From the NCBI GenBank assembly GCA_030599585.1, contig JAUVNS010000012.1:64001-128000 (forward strand): a DNA stretch of 64,000 bases. Reading direction: 5' to 3'. This DNA is from Promethearchaeota archaeon (GTDB taxonomy: Archaea; Asgardarchaeota; Lokiarchaeia; Sigyniarchaeales; SOKP01). Within the stretch, counting starts at the first letter, position 1. The number at the start of each line of letters is the position of its first letter. The position numbers and the translations under genes are program-made. A model generated the notes under the pieces. It saw only the letters and a list, made by a program, of their open reading frames with translations. It was not told the origin of the DNA and ran no database searches. Shown one piece after another: positions 18,283 through 28,631 of this stretch.

Positions 18283-20493
18283 ATGAGTTGTCATTCGCCA
18301 AAGAATAAATCTAAAAATGAACTAAAGTTCAAAGACACAATAAACATCGCTCTGGCAGGCAATCCAAACGTTGGTAAATCCGTGATTTTTAATCAACTTA
18401 CCGGTCTTAGTCAAACAATCGGAAATTGGCCTGGAAAAACCGTTGAACGAATGGAAGGTCGTTTAGAATTTTTAGGTTATCATTTTAATATTGTAGATTT
18501 ACCTGGGATATACTCTCTTTCAACATATTCCTTAGAAGAAATAGTAAGTAGAGAATTTGTTATATCCGATGAAGTCGATATTATCATAAATGTTATCGAT
18601 GCTACAAATTTAGAGCGAAATCTATTTTTTACATTTCAATTGCTAGAATTAAAGATACCAATGATTCTAGCTATAAATCAGATGGATATATTACGAAGAA
18701 GGAACATCGATTTAGATTTTAAAGAACTAGAACGGATTTTTAAATTACCTGTTCTTCCTGTGGTAGCAGTTCATGGAACGGGGGTCCATCAACTATTAGA
18801 AGAGGCAATTGAGTTGGTAGTGTATCGTCGTCCTCACCGCCATTCTAGAGGAAAACGGTTAATAGAATCGAAATATCACAGTCGTCCTCGCCCTCACCCT
18901 CATTCTAGAAGAAAGCGATCAATTGAATCTAAGCATCGTGGACGCCATTATTATCGCGTAGAGCATGTTCTCAAAAAATTTGAATCTAAGGGAGCAATAA
19001 AAAAAAACTTCACATTTCCAGAATTGCATCAGATAACATCTTTCGGAAAAGAAGTAGAATTAAAAATTTTAAGCTTAATTGAAAAGATAAATAGTTATGA
19101 GCAAATAGTATCGTCATGTAATTACCCCTCAAGGTTTTTAGCGATAAAACTATTGGAAAGAGATCGTGAGGTTATAAAAATATTTACGGACAATGAAGAA
19201 GGAAAAGTAATTATCGAATTATCTCAAAAATATCGAGAGGAGCTTGAAAATATACACGGTGAAGATATTAATACAATTATATCGTCAGAAATTTACAGCA
19301 ATATTAAGAAAATTATAGATTTAGTCCTCAGAACTAAGATGAAAAGAAGTAGGAAAAGGAGAACTCTTGCTGATTTTTTCGACCATCTCACAACCCATTC
19401 TATTTTTGGCTACATTATTTTAGTTGTTGTTTTATTTGGGATTTACTTCTTCACTTTTTCCTTAGGAGATTTCTTTGCTGAAATTATAGATAATATTTTC
19501 ATGATTTTGAACGACATCGTTTACATAAATTATGATGCTGATAATAATTTAGTTAAGATATTTTGGGACGGTGGAGTAGGAGGGATTGCTGGTGCCATTG
19601 GAGGTGTTTTAGTTTATGTCGTTCCGTTTTTTTTAGTTATAGAAATTCTACAAGACTCGGGTTATTTACCAAGAGCCGCGTTTTTAATGGATAGATTAAT
19701 GCACTCACTCGGAGTCCACGGAAAAACGATTATACCAATGATTTTAGGTTTTGGTTGTAATGTTCCGGCATGTGCGGGATGTAGAATAATGGAAACTGAA
19801 AGAGAGAAAAAAATATCTATAGCTCTTACTTCTCTTGTACCGTGCGCGGCGGCAATGACCGTCGTTTTAGGGTTGGTAGGGCGATATTTAGGATTTTATT
19901 GGGTATTAACATTATTTCTGATTAATTTTTTTGTTATTTTTGTGGTGGGGCGAATCTTGAATAAAACGTTACCTGGTCAATGTACAGAACTAATAATGGA
20001 AATGCATGAATATCGATTACCTAATTATGCTGTCATTTTTAAACAAACATGGGTTCGAACCAAAGAATTTATATTTAAAGCTATGCCCATAATGGTAGTA
20101 CTCGGAATAGTTTTAGAAATTTTATTAATATTCAACGCTTTAGAGCCAATAAATGTTATTTTGAGCCCTGTCACGGTATTTTGGTTGGGGCTACCAGCTA
20201 TAACTGGCGTGTTCTTAATATATGGAATTTTAAGGAAAGAGTTAACCTTGGTTCTCTTATCGATTTTAGCTAATTCTTTAAATGTTACCCTTTTAGAATT
20301 ATTAACTCCAATTCAAATGGTTGTATTTTCGATGGTTACGATGCTCTACGTACCATGCTTCGCAACTGTAATTATTCTTGCAAAACAGGTAAATTGGAAA
20401 TATGCTATTCAGATATCTCTTTTAGAGATATTTTTGGCATTGCTTGTTGGTGGAATTATTAATTTTGGATTTTTCCTGGTGACAAGCTTCTAA
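18283..20493 (+). CDS. feoB: Ferrous iron transport protein B
   Basis: GNPNVGKS, NWPGKTVE, DLPGIYSL, DSGYLPR, GFGCNVPA, LYVPC. Confidence 0.97.
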   Translation: MSCHSPKNKSKNELKFKDTINIALAGNPNVGKSVIFNQLTGLSQTIGNWPGKTVERMEGRLEFLGYHFNIVDLPGIYSLSTYSLEEIVSREFVISDEVDIIINVIDATNLERNLFFTFQLLELKIPMILAINQMDILRRRNIDLDFKELERIFKLPVLPVVAVHGTGVHQLLEEAIELVVYRRPHRHSRGKRLIESKYHSRPRPHPHSRRKRSIESKHRGRHYYRVEHVLKKFESKGAIKKNFTFPELHQITSFGKEVELKILSLIEKINSYEQIVSSCNYPSRFLAIKLLERDREVIKIFTDNEEGKVIIELSQKYREELENIHGEDINTIISSEIYSNIKKIIDLVLRTKMKRSRKRRTLADFFDHLTTHSIFGYIILVVVLFGIYFFTFSLGDFFAEIIDNIFMILNDIVYINYDADNNLVKIFWDGGVGGIAGAIGGVLVYVVPFFLVIEILQDSGYLPRAAFLMDRLMHSLGVHGKTIIPMILGFGCNVPACAGCRIMETEREKKISIALTSLVPCAAAMTVVLGLVGRYLGFYWVLTLFLINFFVIFVVGRILNKTLPGQCTELIMEMHEYRLPNYAVIFKQTWVRTKEFIFKAMPIMVVLGIVLEILLIFNALEPINVILSPVTVFWLGLPAITGVFLIYGILRKELTLVLLSILANSLNVTLLELLTPIQMVVFSMVTMLYVPCFATVIILAKQVNWKYAIQISLLEIFLALLVGGIINFGFFLVTSF

Positions 20494-20587
20494 AACGATT
20501 ATTACAAAATTCGTAATTATATCATATTTAAATTATTTTAAAAATTCTTATCCGTAGCTCCAAATTTTTTTAAAATATTGAAGCAAA

Positions 20588-21604
20588 ATGGTAAAATGTA
20601 GAATTACAACACCATGTAGGATCCACCTTTCTCTAATCGACGAAAACGGATATCTTGGTCGAGTTGATGGTGGAATCGGCCTTATGTTAGATAGACCTAA
20701 TGTAATATTTGAAGCTTCTAATAACGCAGAGGAGTTTCAAATTGAAGCTCATAAATACTATCGTGAATCGATTGAAGTCATTAATGAGCAAGCTTCAAAG
20801 GTTTTTAAAGCATTCAATATCAATAATAAGAACTTTCACTTCAAATTAAAGAGATACTTTCCAAGCCATGTAGGATTAGGATCTAAAACTCAACTCTCAT
20901 TAGCCATAGCAGTAGCGATAACTAAATTAAAAGATATTAATAATGTTTCTGTGGAAGAATTGACAAAACTTGTAAATAGAGGTGGAACGTCAGGAATTGG
21001 ATGGAGAGGATTTGAAAAAGGTGGCTTTATTGTTGATGCTGGCCATGAATTTGGAAAAGGTAAAGAAAAAGAAACATTTCTCCCTTCTTCAGCTTCAAAA
21101 TCTGCTAATCCCGCACTTACTATTTTACGATACAAAATTCCTGAACACTGGAGATTTGTTCTAGTAATCCCAAATGTAAAGAAAGGAGCCTATGGAGATG
21201 AAGAAGTTAGCATTTTTCAGAGACATGCTCCTATCCCAAGAGAGGAAGTGAACGAAGTGTCTCATCAGATTCTAATGAAATTAGTTCCCGGAGTTATTCG
21301 AAAAGATTTAGTGAGTTTTGGTGAAGGTTTAAAAAGAATACAGAATATTGGATTCAAAAAAATTGAAATCTCTCTCCAACATGAGATTGTAAAAGACGTT
21401 CTAACATTTTTTGAAGATTATGGGGTTAAAGCTTACGGAATGTCTTCATTTGGACCTAGCGTAGTAGGAATCGTAGAATCTGACGATGAAGCAAATAAAC
21501 TTTTAAAAGCGGCTCAGATGCGTGTAAACGGTGTTGGTGGACACATTTACCTATGCAAACCTAATAATCACGGAGCAAAAATAGAAATTGTAGATGATTT
21601 TTAA
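20588..21604 (+). CDS. mptG: Beta-ribofuranosylaminobenzene 5'-phosphate (RFAP) synthase, GHMP family
   Basis: P.RIH.SLID..G..GRVDGG.G, HVGLGS.TQL.LA, RGGTSGIG, GGFIVD.GH, GMSSFGP. Confidence 0.92.
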   Translation: MVKCRITTPCRIHLSLIDENGYLGRVDGGIGLMLDRPNVIFEASNNAEEFQIEAHKYYRESIEVINEQASKVFKAFNINNKNFHFKLKRYFPSHVGLGSKTQLSLAIAVAITKLKDINNVSVEELTKLVNRGGTSGIGWRGFEKGGFIVDAGHEFGKGKEKETFLPSSASKSANPALTILRYKIPEHWRFVLVIPNVKKGAYGDEEVSIFQRHAPIPREEVNEVSHQILMKLVPGVIRKDLVSFGEGLKRIQNIGFKKIEISLQHEIVKDVLTFFEDYGVKAYGMSSFGPSVVGIVESDDEANKLLKAAQMRVNGVGGHIYLCKPNNHGAKIEIVDDF

Positions 21605-21999
21605 TGTCTAATAACAAACATAATGCATATTTTCCTCCTGATTTAAGTGATGGAGAAAGAGCAAGCTTTGAAATAGGTATAAAGTTAGGGGCACTTTATC
21701 ATATTCTATGTGGGATGCCAATTTCCTCGAATTCTAGCGTTATTGATTCTATTGAAAAAGGTATCGAAGCGTCCATCTCATGCCAACCATATGTTAAATT
21801 TGTTAAAGTTAATATTAATCGTAAACAAATTCAAGGAGATAAGTCTTCTGAATTTGAATACGATGAAATTACCGGGAAACACATCCAAGCTAAAGTTGTT
21901 CTAGATTTCAGATCTGTAGAAATCATAGCAAAAATAGAATGGATTGAAGAACTCAAGTACCCTTTGATGTTTATTGAGAAAATATCAAAAAAAATCTAA
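21604..21999 (+). CDS. mptD: Archaeal dihydroneopterin aldolase (MptD family)
   Basis: ERA.FE.GIKLGALYH..G.P, QPYV, L.YPLM; translationally coupled to RFAP synthase. Confidence 0.88.
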   Translation: MSNNKHNAYFPPDLSDGERASFEIGIKLGALYHILCGMPISSNSSVIDSIEKGIEASISCQPYVKFVKVNINRKQIQGDKSSEFEYDEITGKHIQAKVVLDFRSVEIIAKIEWIEELKYPLMFIEKISKKI

Positions 22000-22745
22000 C
22001 TCTCTAAACTACTAACATAGTCTTTAACATATTCAATTGCTTTCAAAGCGCTTGTATTTTTTCCAAATCTTAGTACCTCACTAACATTTTCTTCAATTTT
22101 ATATTTAATCTTATTGAATACGGTTTTATCTTTTTTTTCTTTGGCGACATATAATTTTGTAGCTAAAATGATAGTTTCCAATGTAAGGTTTTCTGCTCTA
22201 TTATATAGTTTAAATGATTCTTTAAATTTTTCGTAAGAAATTACAGATAAACTTATTTCAACTAACTCCACCTGTCCTAAACTATCAATCTTTACGACTT
22301 GATTTTTATTCGTTGCTACGCACGAGATAATAGCCCACGCTTGATTTAAATATGGCAAATGAATAACATTATCTTGTGTAATTCCTTTAAAAATTGCCTT
22401 ATGCTCGTTTTTCACATCAAATGGATATAAATTATAATGGCGTTCCGTAAATGTCTCGATACTACTAGAAATATAATTACCTTTTAAAGATGCTATTGCA
22501 TAAAGAAAGATGTCATCAACAAAATTTAAAATAATTAATTTCGTGCTATCGAGATTTTTATATGTAGTCGTATTTGGGAATGGCCAAATTTTTATTGTAT
22601 TATTTTCCAACAATCTTATACCCATAGCGGCAGTGTTTGAAACTATTTTATTATTCTTTATAGAATAAGTTGTAGCTAAAACTTCATATAAATAGTTCAT
22701 TTCCAGACCTATAGATGCAAGGTCTCCTTGAAAATTGGATGGCAT
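21996..22745 (-). CDS. DUF447 family protein (methanopterin-associated)
   Basis: YEV.ATT...N.A.MG, T.TY.NL, NRAE...LE..I.AT; pterin gene context. Confidence 0.75.
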   Translation of the reverse strand: MPSNFQGDLASIGLEMNYLYEVLATTYSIKNNKIVSNTAAMGIRLLENNTIKIWPFPNTTTYKNLDSTKLIILNFVDDIFLYAIASLKGNYISSSIETFTERHYNLYPFDVKNEHKAIFKGITQDNVIHLPYLNQAWAIISCVATNKNQVVKIDSLGQVELVEISLSVISYEKFKESFKLYNRAENLTLETIILATKLYVAKEKKDKTVFNKIKYKIEENVSEVLRFGKNTSALKAIEYVKDYVSSLES

Positions 22746-22920
22746 TACCTTTAATCATACAAATTCTTAGTTGTATAAGTAAGAATATATCCAAGCTCTT
22801 TAATATTTTATAAAAATTTAATCACATTTATACCTCGAACAAGAAGCATTAAAAATTAATAAAAATAAAAAGAATTGTTGAACTTTAATTATAAGCAAAA
22901 CAACTAGAGCTTGATTTTCA

Positions 22921-24012
22921 TTGATTAAGGTATTAGGAATCGACCCTGGCTCATTAACGTGGGATTTTTTCGCTTTAGAAGGTAAGCAAGTTATCTTAGA
23001 TATTTCAATTTCTACAAAAGAAGTGATAGAAGAACCTTCTAGAGCGATTTCGATCATAAAATCAATAAAAAATCTTGATTTAATCGTAGCACCAAGCGGT
23101 TTTGGATTACCACTAAAAAATGTTAAGGATATTACCGAAAAAGATATTTTTTTAACACTTTTAAAATTTGACAAAAAGGAGAGGGAACAATTAGTTGGAT
23201 TAGGGGAAGTTCTTCGATTAATGAAAGCAGAAAATCTTCCTGGAATCATTGTTCCCGGAGTTAAACATCTACCTACAATCCCTCGATATCGTAAAATAAA
23301 CAAAATCGATATGGGAACGGCAGATAAGCTTTGTACCGTCGTTACGGGAATTAGAGATCAAATAGACCGTTTAAAAATGCAACCTGCAAACACTAATTTC
23401 ATCATGGTTGAACTTGGATTTGGTTTCACAGCAGTTTTAGCAATAGAAAACGGACAGGTGATCGATGGGATTGGGGGTTCTAACATTATGGGTTTTAAAG
23501 CTTGTGGGAATCTTGATGGAGAATTAGCTTATTTAATTAAAGATATTAAGAAAAACATCATATACGGAGGAGGATTGTCCTCAATATCAGGGCATGGCGA
23601 TTTAACCTTTGACCAATTTACGAAATTAGTTAAAAATGACCCTCAAACAAGATTGGCTTTTCACGCTTACATTTCTGATTTAATCAAGGCAATTTATGCT
23701 ATATCATCCTCTTTTTCGAATAAGGATCAAATAACTGAGATATTATTAGCTGGAAGAGGATCGAATAATCATATTATTAAAGACGAAATCGCTACTAGTT
23801 TAGAAGGTTTGTTTACCGTTAATTTAATGCGAACCTATGGTAGCATTTCAAAACACGCAGCTCAAGGTGCTGCTTTTATTGCTAATGGACTTCTTGGTGG
23901 AGAATTTGCCCCTATCGTAAACAATCTGAAAATCAAAGAAGCTAAGGGTTCCGTTTTAGACGATATATATGTTTCTTTCGATAAAAACAAACTATTGAGT
24001 GATTTAAATTAA
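22921..24012 (+). CDS. DUF1464 family ASKHA/butyrate-kinase-like protein
   Basis: GIDPGS, PSGFGLP, PGVKHLPTIP..RK.NKIDMGTADK, G.VIDGIGG, LDGE.AY, AAQGAA.IA. Confidence 0.85.
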   Translation: MIKVLGIDPGSLTWDFFALEGKQVILDISISTKEVIEEPSRAISIIKSIKNLDLIVAPSGFGLPLKNVKDITEKDIFLTLLKFDKKEREQLVGLGEVLRLMKAENLPGIIVPGVKHLPTIPRYRKINKIDMGTADKLCTVVTGIRDQIDRLKMQPANTNFIMVELGFGFTAVLAIENGQVIDGIGGSNIMGFKACGNLDGELAYLIKDIKKNIIYGGGLSSISGHGDLTFDQFTKLVKNDPQTRLAFHAYISDLIKAIYAISSSFSNKDQITEILLAGRGSNNHIIKDEIATSLEGLFTVNLMRTYGSISKHAAQGAAFIANGLLGGEFAPIVNNLKIKEAKGSVLDDIYVSFDKNKLLSDLN

Positions 24013-25582
24013 AAATATTTTAATTATAACTGGTCAAAGTAGTTATTCAATTATTGAAAAAGTTATTTCTCCTATTAAATATCACAGAATTAAAGTTTAT
24101 AAAGCTCCAGTAACAATTTCTGCCTTTATTTCAGAAACTCTAGTTGAAGATATAATTAAAGAAATAACTATTCAAGATTATGATTTGATTTTACTCCCTG
24201 GATTTATACAGTGGGACACCACTAAATTAGAGAAATTAAATTCGATCGCAATTAGAAAAGGTCCAGAGTTTGCTTCAGATCTCCCTATGGTTTTGAAACA
24301 CTTAGACGCTCTTAAACTCTCTAATTCTACTCCCGCAAATAAAATATTGGAACTCTCAAGCGAACAAGAATACGAAGAAATCCTAAAAGAACAGTTAGAA
24401 CTTGCCAGAGATAACATAGATTCCAACACATTCTTTTTAAATGATAAAACCTCAAATCTAATGATTGGACCTATGCTTCCACCTCCGATTATTGCTGAAA
24501 TAGTAAATTGCCCAGAAAAGAATGATCAAGCAATACTTAGAAAAGTAAAGCATTACATAGAATCTGGTGCTGATATAATTGATATTGGATGCGTCGCAAA
24601 CAAACCATCTCCTGACAGGGTAAAAAATATTGTTAAACTTATACGAAATAAGTTTAGTGTTTTAATTAGTGTCGATTCAATGGAAAAAAGTGAAATATTG
24701 GCTGCTGTTGATGAAGGCATTGACATGATCCTAAGTTTTGATCTTGGAAATTATAAGGATTTCTTAGGTATTCCTAGGGATATACCTATTGTAATATTAC
24801 CAACAAACATTAAATCCGCCTATTTCCCTAAAGAACCAGAAGTAAGAGTTAAAAATTTGTTTAAATTAACGGAAGAATTGAGACAGGAAGGATTTAAAAA
24901 ATTAATTGCCGATCCATTATTAGAAACTCCCATCGTTCCAGGGATTTGCAATTCTCTGGAAGCATATTTCTTATATAAAAAGCAAGTATTAAAAGAAGAA
25001 AAGAAGAAATTGGAATTACCTCTATTCTTTGGAATTTCAAACGTAGTAGAGCTAATGGATATAGATTCAGTGGGCGTAAATGGATTGTTAGCAAGCATCG
25101 CAATTGAGTTAGATATGGGTATATTATTTACAGTTGAACACAGTGCTAAATTAATGGATGGAGTAAGAGAACTAAAAGAGAGCGTGAAACTAAATTACAT
25201 CTCAAAATTTAAAAAAACACCTCCAATAAATCATGGAATTAGCGTATTTAAAGCTAAAGGTAAGACGAGTCAAAAACTTCCAGAAATTGATACCAGAAAC
25301 GCAGTAGCTATCAAAGAATCTGTTTCTGATTATGTACCAGACAAAAATGGATACTTTAAGTTTTATGTGAATTACTATACTAAAGAAATTTACGTATTAT
25401 TTTTTTCTAATGATAATAATCTTCTCAAAACTTTAATAGGAAATAACGCTGAAACACTTAGCAAAAAAGTTCTTGAATTAAAATTAACAAATAATTTAAC
25501 CCATATTAATTATATTGGAAGAGAATTAGCAAAAGCAGAATTATGTCTCTTTTTAGGAAAACCATATATCCAAGATGAATAA
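24008..25582 (+). CDS. Dihydropteroate synthase-like protein (N-terminal domain + pterin-binding barrel + DUF4346-like C-terminus); probable ATT start
   Basis: AEI, GADIIDIG, SVDS, ADP.L, G.SNV.ELMD.DS.G.N, H..Y.G.EL.KAE....GK.Y.QD. Frame is open upstream of the tracked TTG (24185) to 24008: IKNILIITGQ... Confidence 0.85.
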   Translation: MKNILIITGQSSYSIIEKVISPIKYHRIKVYKAPVTISAFISETLVEDIIKEITIQDYDLILLPGFIQWDTTKLEKLNSIAIRKGPEFASDLPMVLKHLDALKLSNSTPANKILELSSEQEYEEILKEQLELARDNIDSNTFFLNDKTSNLMIGPMLPPPIIAEIVNCPEKNDQAILRKVKHYIESGADIIDIGCVANKPSPDRVKNIVKLIRNKFSVLISVDSMEKSEILAAVDEGIDMILSFDLGNYKDFLGIPRDIPIVILPTNIKSAYFPKEPEVRVKNLFKLTEELRQEGFKKLIADPLLETPIVPGICNSLEAYFLYKKQVLKEEKKKLELPLFFGISNVVELMDIDSVGVNGLLASIAIELDMGILFTVEHSAKLMDGVRELKESVKLNYISKFKKTPPINHGISVFKAKGKTSQKLPEIDTRNAVAIKESVSDYVPDKNGYFKFYVNYYTKEIYVLFFSNDNNLLKTLIGNNAETLSKKVLELKLTNNLTHINYIGRELAKAELCLFLGKPYIQDE

Positions 25583-25800
25583 AAAAAACAATGTTTCAAT
25601 ATGCGAAACAATTTCCTAAAGTCCATACCAGGTAAATATTTTTCTAATTTTTAAAAATAGTAAAAAGCGTTAAGATTTAATCGTTTAAGAAGCCTATCAT
25701 CAATTAACGCAAATTAAACAATAAATTATAATTTATAAAAAAAATCCTTAAAGTTCAGTAGCTTTAATAATAAATTACCTAAATAAATCGAATTGAAAGA

Positions 25801-26241
25801 ATGATGAAAAGAAATATAAATTTTGTTAATAGAAAGATAAGGAAATTGAATCTTACAAGTAGACCCACTCGAAAATTATATAGAAAATTTGATCAATCAA
25901 TCTCTCCAGCTGGGTCAACTAAATACGATGAACTTGTGAAATCATTAAGAGAAAATCCTAATTTAAACGCTAAGAATTTCCATCAAACGCTTGACAAAGA
26001 AACAAAGAAGATATTTCCTCGTTTAACAGTAGAGGAATTTGATGTTGCAAAATTTGTTGCATTACAAAAGTATATAGAACAACTTGAAGAGGACTTAGCA
26101 GAAATGGGCGATGATGCTCAACTGGGAAATATTGATTTACAAAACGCCTTACAGAAACAGCAGCAAACGCTTCAATTGCTTTCCAATGTTTCTAAAATGC
26201 TTCATGACACAAGCATGGCAGTGATACGCAAGATCGGATAA
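25801..26241 (+). CDS. Hypothetical protein with C-terminal amphipathic helix resembling T3SS needle/filament subunit termini
   Basis: C-terminus DDAQLGNIDLQNALQKQQQTLQLLSNVSKMLHDTSMAVIRKIG. Confidence 0.6.
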   Translation: MMKRNINFVNRKIRKLNLTSRPTRKLYRKFDQSISPAGSTKYDELVKSLRENPNLNAKNFHQTLDKETKKIFPRLTVEEFDVAKFVALQKYIEQLEEDLAEMGDDAQLGNIDLQNALQKQQQTLQLLSNVSKMLHDTSMAVIRKIG

Positions 26242-26318
26242 TGAAATGCCAAAGTAGTGGACAAACCTTTTATACAAGACGAATAATATTAAATGAAAAA
26301 AAAGAGAGATTGCATTTT

Positions 26319-26609
26319 TTAAATAATCTCGAAGCATGTCTTTAAATCCATGCCGGGGACTAATAATGGAGTTAGTTTTGCGCTAGTTTTTGCTAAATTA
26401 GCCATATGTGTTTTCATTGCTTCCCCACTTTCATATTTTTCGTAGAATAAGATTTTGTTTTTGTTATCCTTGCCTTTAACAGTGTGAGGGATATATTCTA
26501 AAGTTCCTGATTCAGACGCTTTTACTTGTAAAGCCATTTCTTTTAAAACTTCTTTTGCTTCTTCCATTTTTCCTTCTTTTACTTCAACTATCGCTATGAG
26601 TGTTACCAT
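26319..26609 (-). CDS. Antibiotic biosynthesis monooxygenase (ABM/YgiN-like) protein
   Basis: VK.GK.EE, E.GTL.Y, FYE.Y.S.EA...H pattern; 96 aa. Confidence 0.85.
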   Translation of the reverse strand: MVTLIAIVEVKEGKMEEAKEVLKEMALQVKASESGTLEYIPHTVKGKDNKNKILFYEKYESGEAMKTHMANLAKTSAKLTPLLVPGMDLKTCFEII

Positions 26610-26768
26610 TTTTATTTATCCTCGTTATCTAATTTAAAATTACGTAATTAAGTGAAAAATCCATTTAAGTAAAAGTATCCTAAAATAATTATACCTTAAA
26701 CCTATCTTAAATTATTATCAATTGAAGTATTACTTAATAAAAGATAAGAAAGTATTAGGAAAGAAATC

Positions 26769-28631
26769 ATGATTCCAAAAAAGATGGATATCTATCTTCG
26801 AGAGCACCTTCCGGAAGCTACTCTAAAAAATAGACTTAAAAAAGATAACGGAAAATGTTATCTAGAATTTACTAACACTGACGAGCACCTTCTATCAAGG
26901 TTGGGAATTGTAAGCGATAGACTCGGCCCCCAACTTGTAGCCTGTATCTGGGACGAGAGCTCCCAATTAGAAATTGGGGGGTATTTAGTAGTTGATAATC
27001 TCTCAATGGGAAGGCCCTCAATGGGGGGCATTAGAATGTTACCAGAGATTACTCCCGCTGATATACATAACTTAGCTCGAGGTATGACTCTAAAAAACGC
27101 AGCTGCTAACCTTCCTTATGGGGGGGGAAAATCAGGCATTGTGGCTGAGAGAACCATCTCGTCTGAAGAGCACGACAAAGTCGTTAGCGGTTTTGCCCAT
27201 TTGATACGACAATATAAAGATATTTATGTTCCAGGCCCAGATGTTGGAACTAAAGATGCTGATATGAAATTAGTTGCTATAGAAAATGGATTGGATAGCG
27301 CTGTATCTAAACCAGCTGATATGGGTGGTAATCGAATTGATGAATTAGGCGCTGCTGCGGGAGGAGTTGTAATTGCGTTGCAAACTTTGTTGAAAATTAT
27401 GCCGCGATTGAGAGTTCTCCCTCAATTTGCTAATTTAGAAATACCTGAAGGAAGCGATATTACGGTAATCATTCAAGGCTTTGGAGCTGTTGGAGCACAT
27501 GCCTCACGCATACTGAAAGAACGAATTTCTGAGGCTAACGTAATAGGTATTAGTGATTTAGAAGGTTATTTATTTAACGAAAATGGGCTTCCAATTGACG
27601 AACTTTTTGGTTTATGGAAAAACATAGGTTTAGTTACTAATACATATTTTGAAGATAAGATTGCACCCGATGGATATAAACATCCAACCAAATTTTCAAC
27701 AAATGCTAACAACTTACTTCTTGAGAACGCATTCTGTTTGGTACCTGCTGCTCCAATATTTAATTATTTAGGCGTACGCTCATCTGATAATGCATCGATG
27801 TTAGTAGATCGAATGGGAAAATGGTCTGTAATTATCGAAGGTGCAAATACATACTCTCCAGATCCCAATAGAAAGGCAGCTAGAACTCGCATGGAACAAT
27901 TAGTATATGGAGAAAAAGGCGTGATGATAGCTAACGATTATTTAGTTAATTCGGGAGGAGTAATATTTGCTGCTCAAGAACATGTTATCAAAACACCTGA
28001 CAACCTTCAAATACCAGACGAATTATTAGGAAATCGCGAAGCTGTAGAAAAATGGCTAAAGGATCACGAAGATAACTTTGCTGAACTATCGAAACAACGC
28101 TTAATAGCGGGAGAGGAATATAGAGAAAACGTTATTCACCATAACATGATTGAACTAGTTGATTTATTAGCAGGTAACCCAGACATGTTACCTTGTACAG
28201 CTGCTCAGCGAGTAAGCATCCAACGACTTTCCGCTAAAGAAAGTCAACGAACTGCTAAGGATATAATGGTTTCGCTTCCAACCATAGATGTGAATAGTAG
28301 CATACAAGATGCCGCAAAATTAATGATAGATGAAAATAGTGGTATAGTTGCCGTTCTCTCAGAAGGTAAACTTATAGGAGTTGCAACCGATTGGGATATT
28401 ACAGAAGCAGTTTCCTCTAATAGTTGTGATGTTAAACTTGATAGAATTATGACTAAAGATGTTATTACAGCTTCTCCGGATTATACGATGCTAGACATTG
28501 TACGTGAATTAGAACAATATCAAATATCTGCTATGCCAGTTGTTAAGGACGGAAATGTTTTAGGAAAAGTAAGTTCGGACTTAATTACACAACGTTACGT
28601 CTTAAGTCTTTTACAAGATCACAGAATTTAG
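26769..28631 (+). CDS. Glu/Leu/Phe/Val dehydrogenase fused to C-terminal CBS pair
   Basis: GGIR, LARGMTLK, GGGKSG, GPDVGT, QGFGAVG, EGAN, D.LVNSGGV; two CBS repeats at the C-terminus. Confidence 0.9.
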   Translation: MIPKKMDIYLREHLPEATLKNRLKKDNGKCYLEFTNTDEHLLSRLGIVSDRLGPQLVACIWDESSQLEIGGYLVVDNLSMGRPSMGGIRMLPEITPADIHNLARGMTLKNAAANLPYGGGKSGIVAERTISSEEHDKVVSGFAHLIRQYKDIYVPGPDVGTKDADMKLVAIENGLDSAVSKPADMGGNRIDELGAAAGGVVIALQTLLKIMPRLRVLPQFANLEIPEGSDITVIIQGFGAVGAHASRILKERISEANVIGISDLEGYLFNENGLPIDELFGLWKNIGLVTNTYFEDKIAPDGYKHPTKFSTNANNLLLENAFCLVPAAPIFNYLGVRSSDNASMLVDRMGKWSVIIEGANTYSPDPNRKAARTRMEQLVYGEKGVMIANDYLVNSGGVIFAAQEHVIKTPDNLQIPDELLGNREAVEKWLKDHEDNFAELSKQRLIAGEEYRENVIHHNMIELVDLLAGNPDMLPCTAAQRVSIQRLSAKESQRTAKDIMVSLPTIDVNSSIQDAAKLMIDENSGIVAVLSEGKLIGVATDWDITEAVSSNSCDVKLDRIMTKDVITASPDYTMLDIVRELEQYQISAMPVVKDGNVLGKVSSDLITQRYVLSLLQDHRI

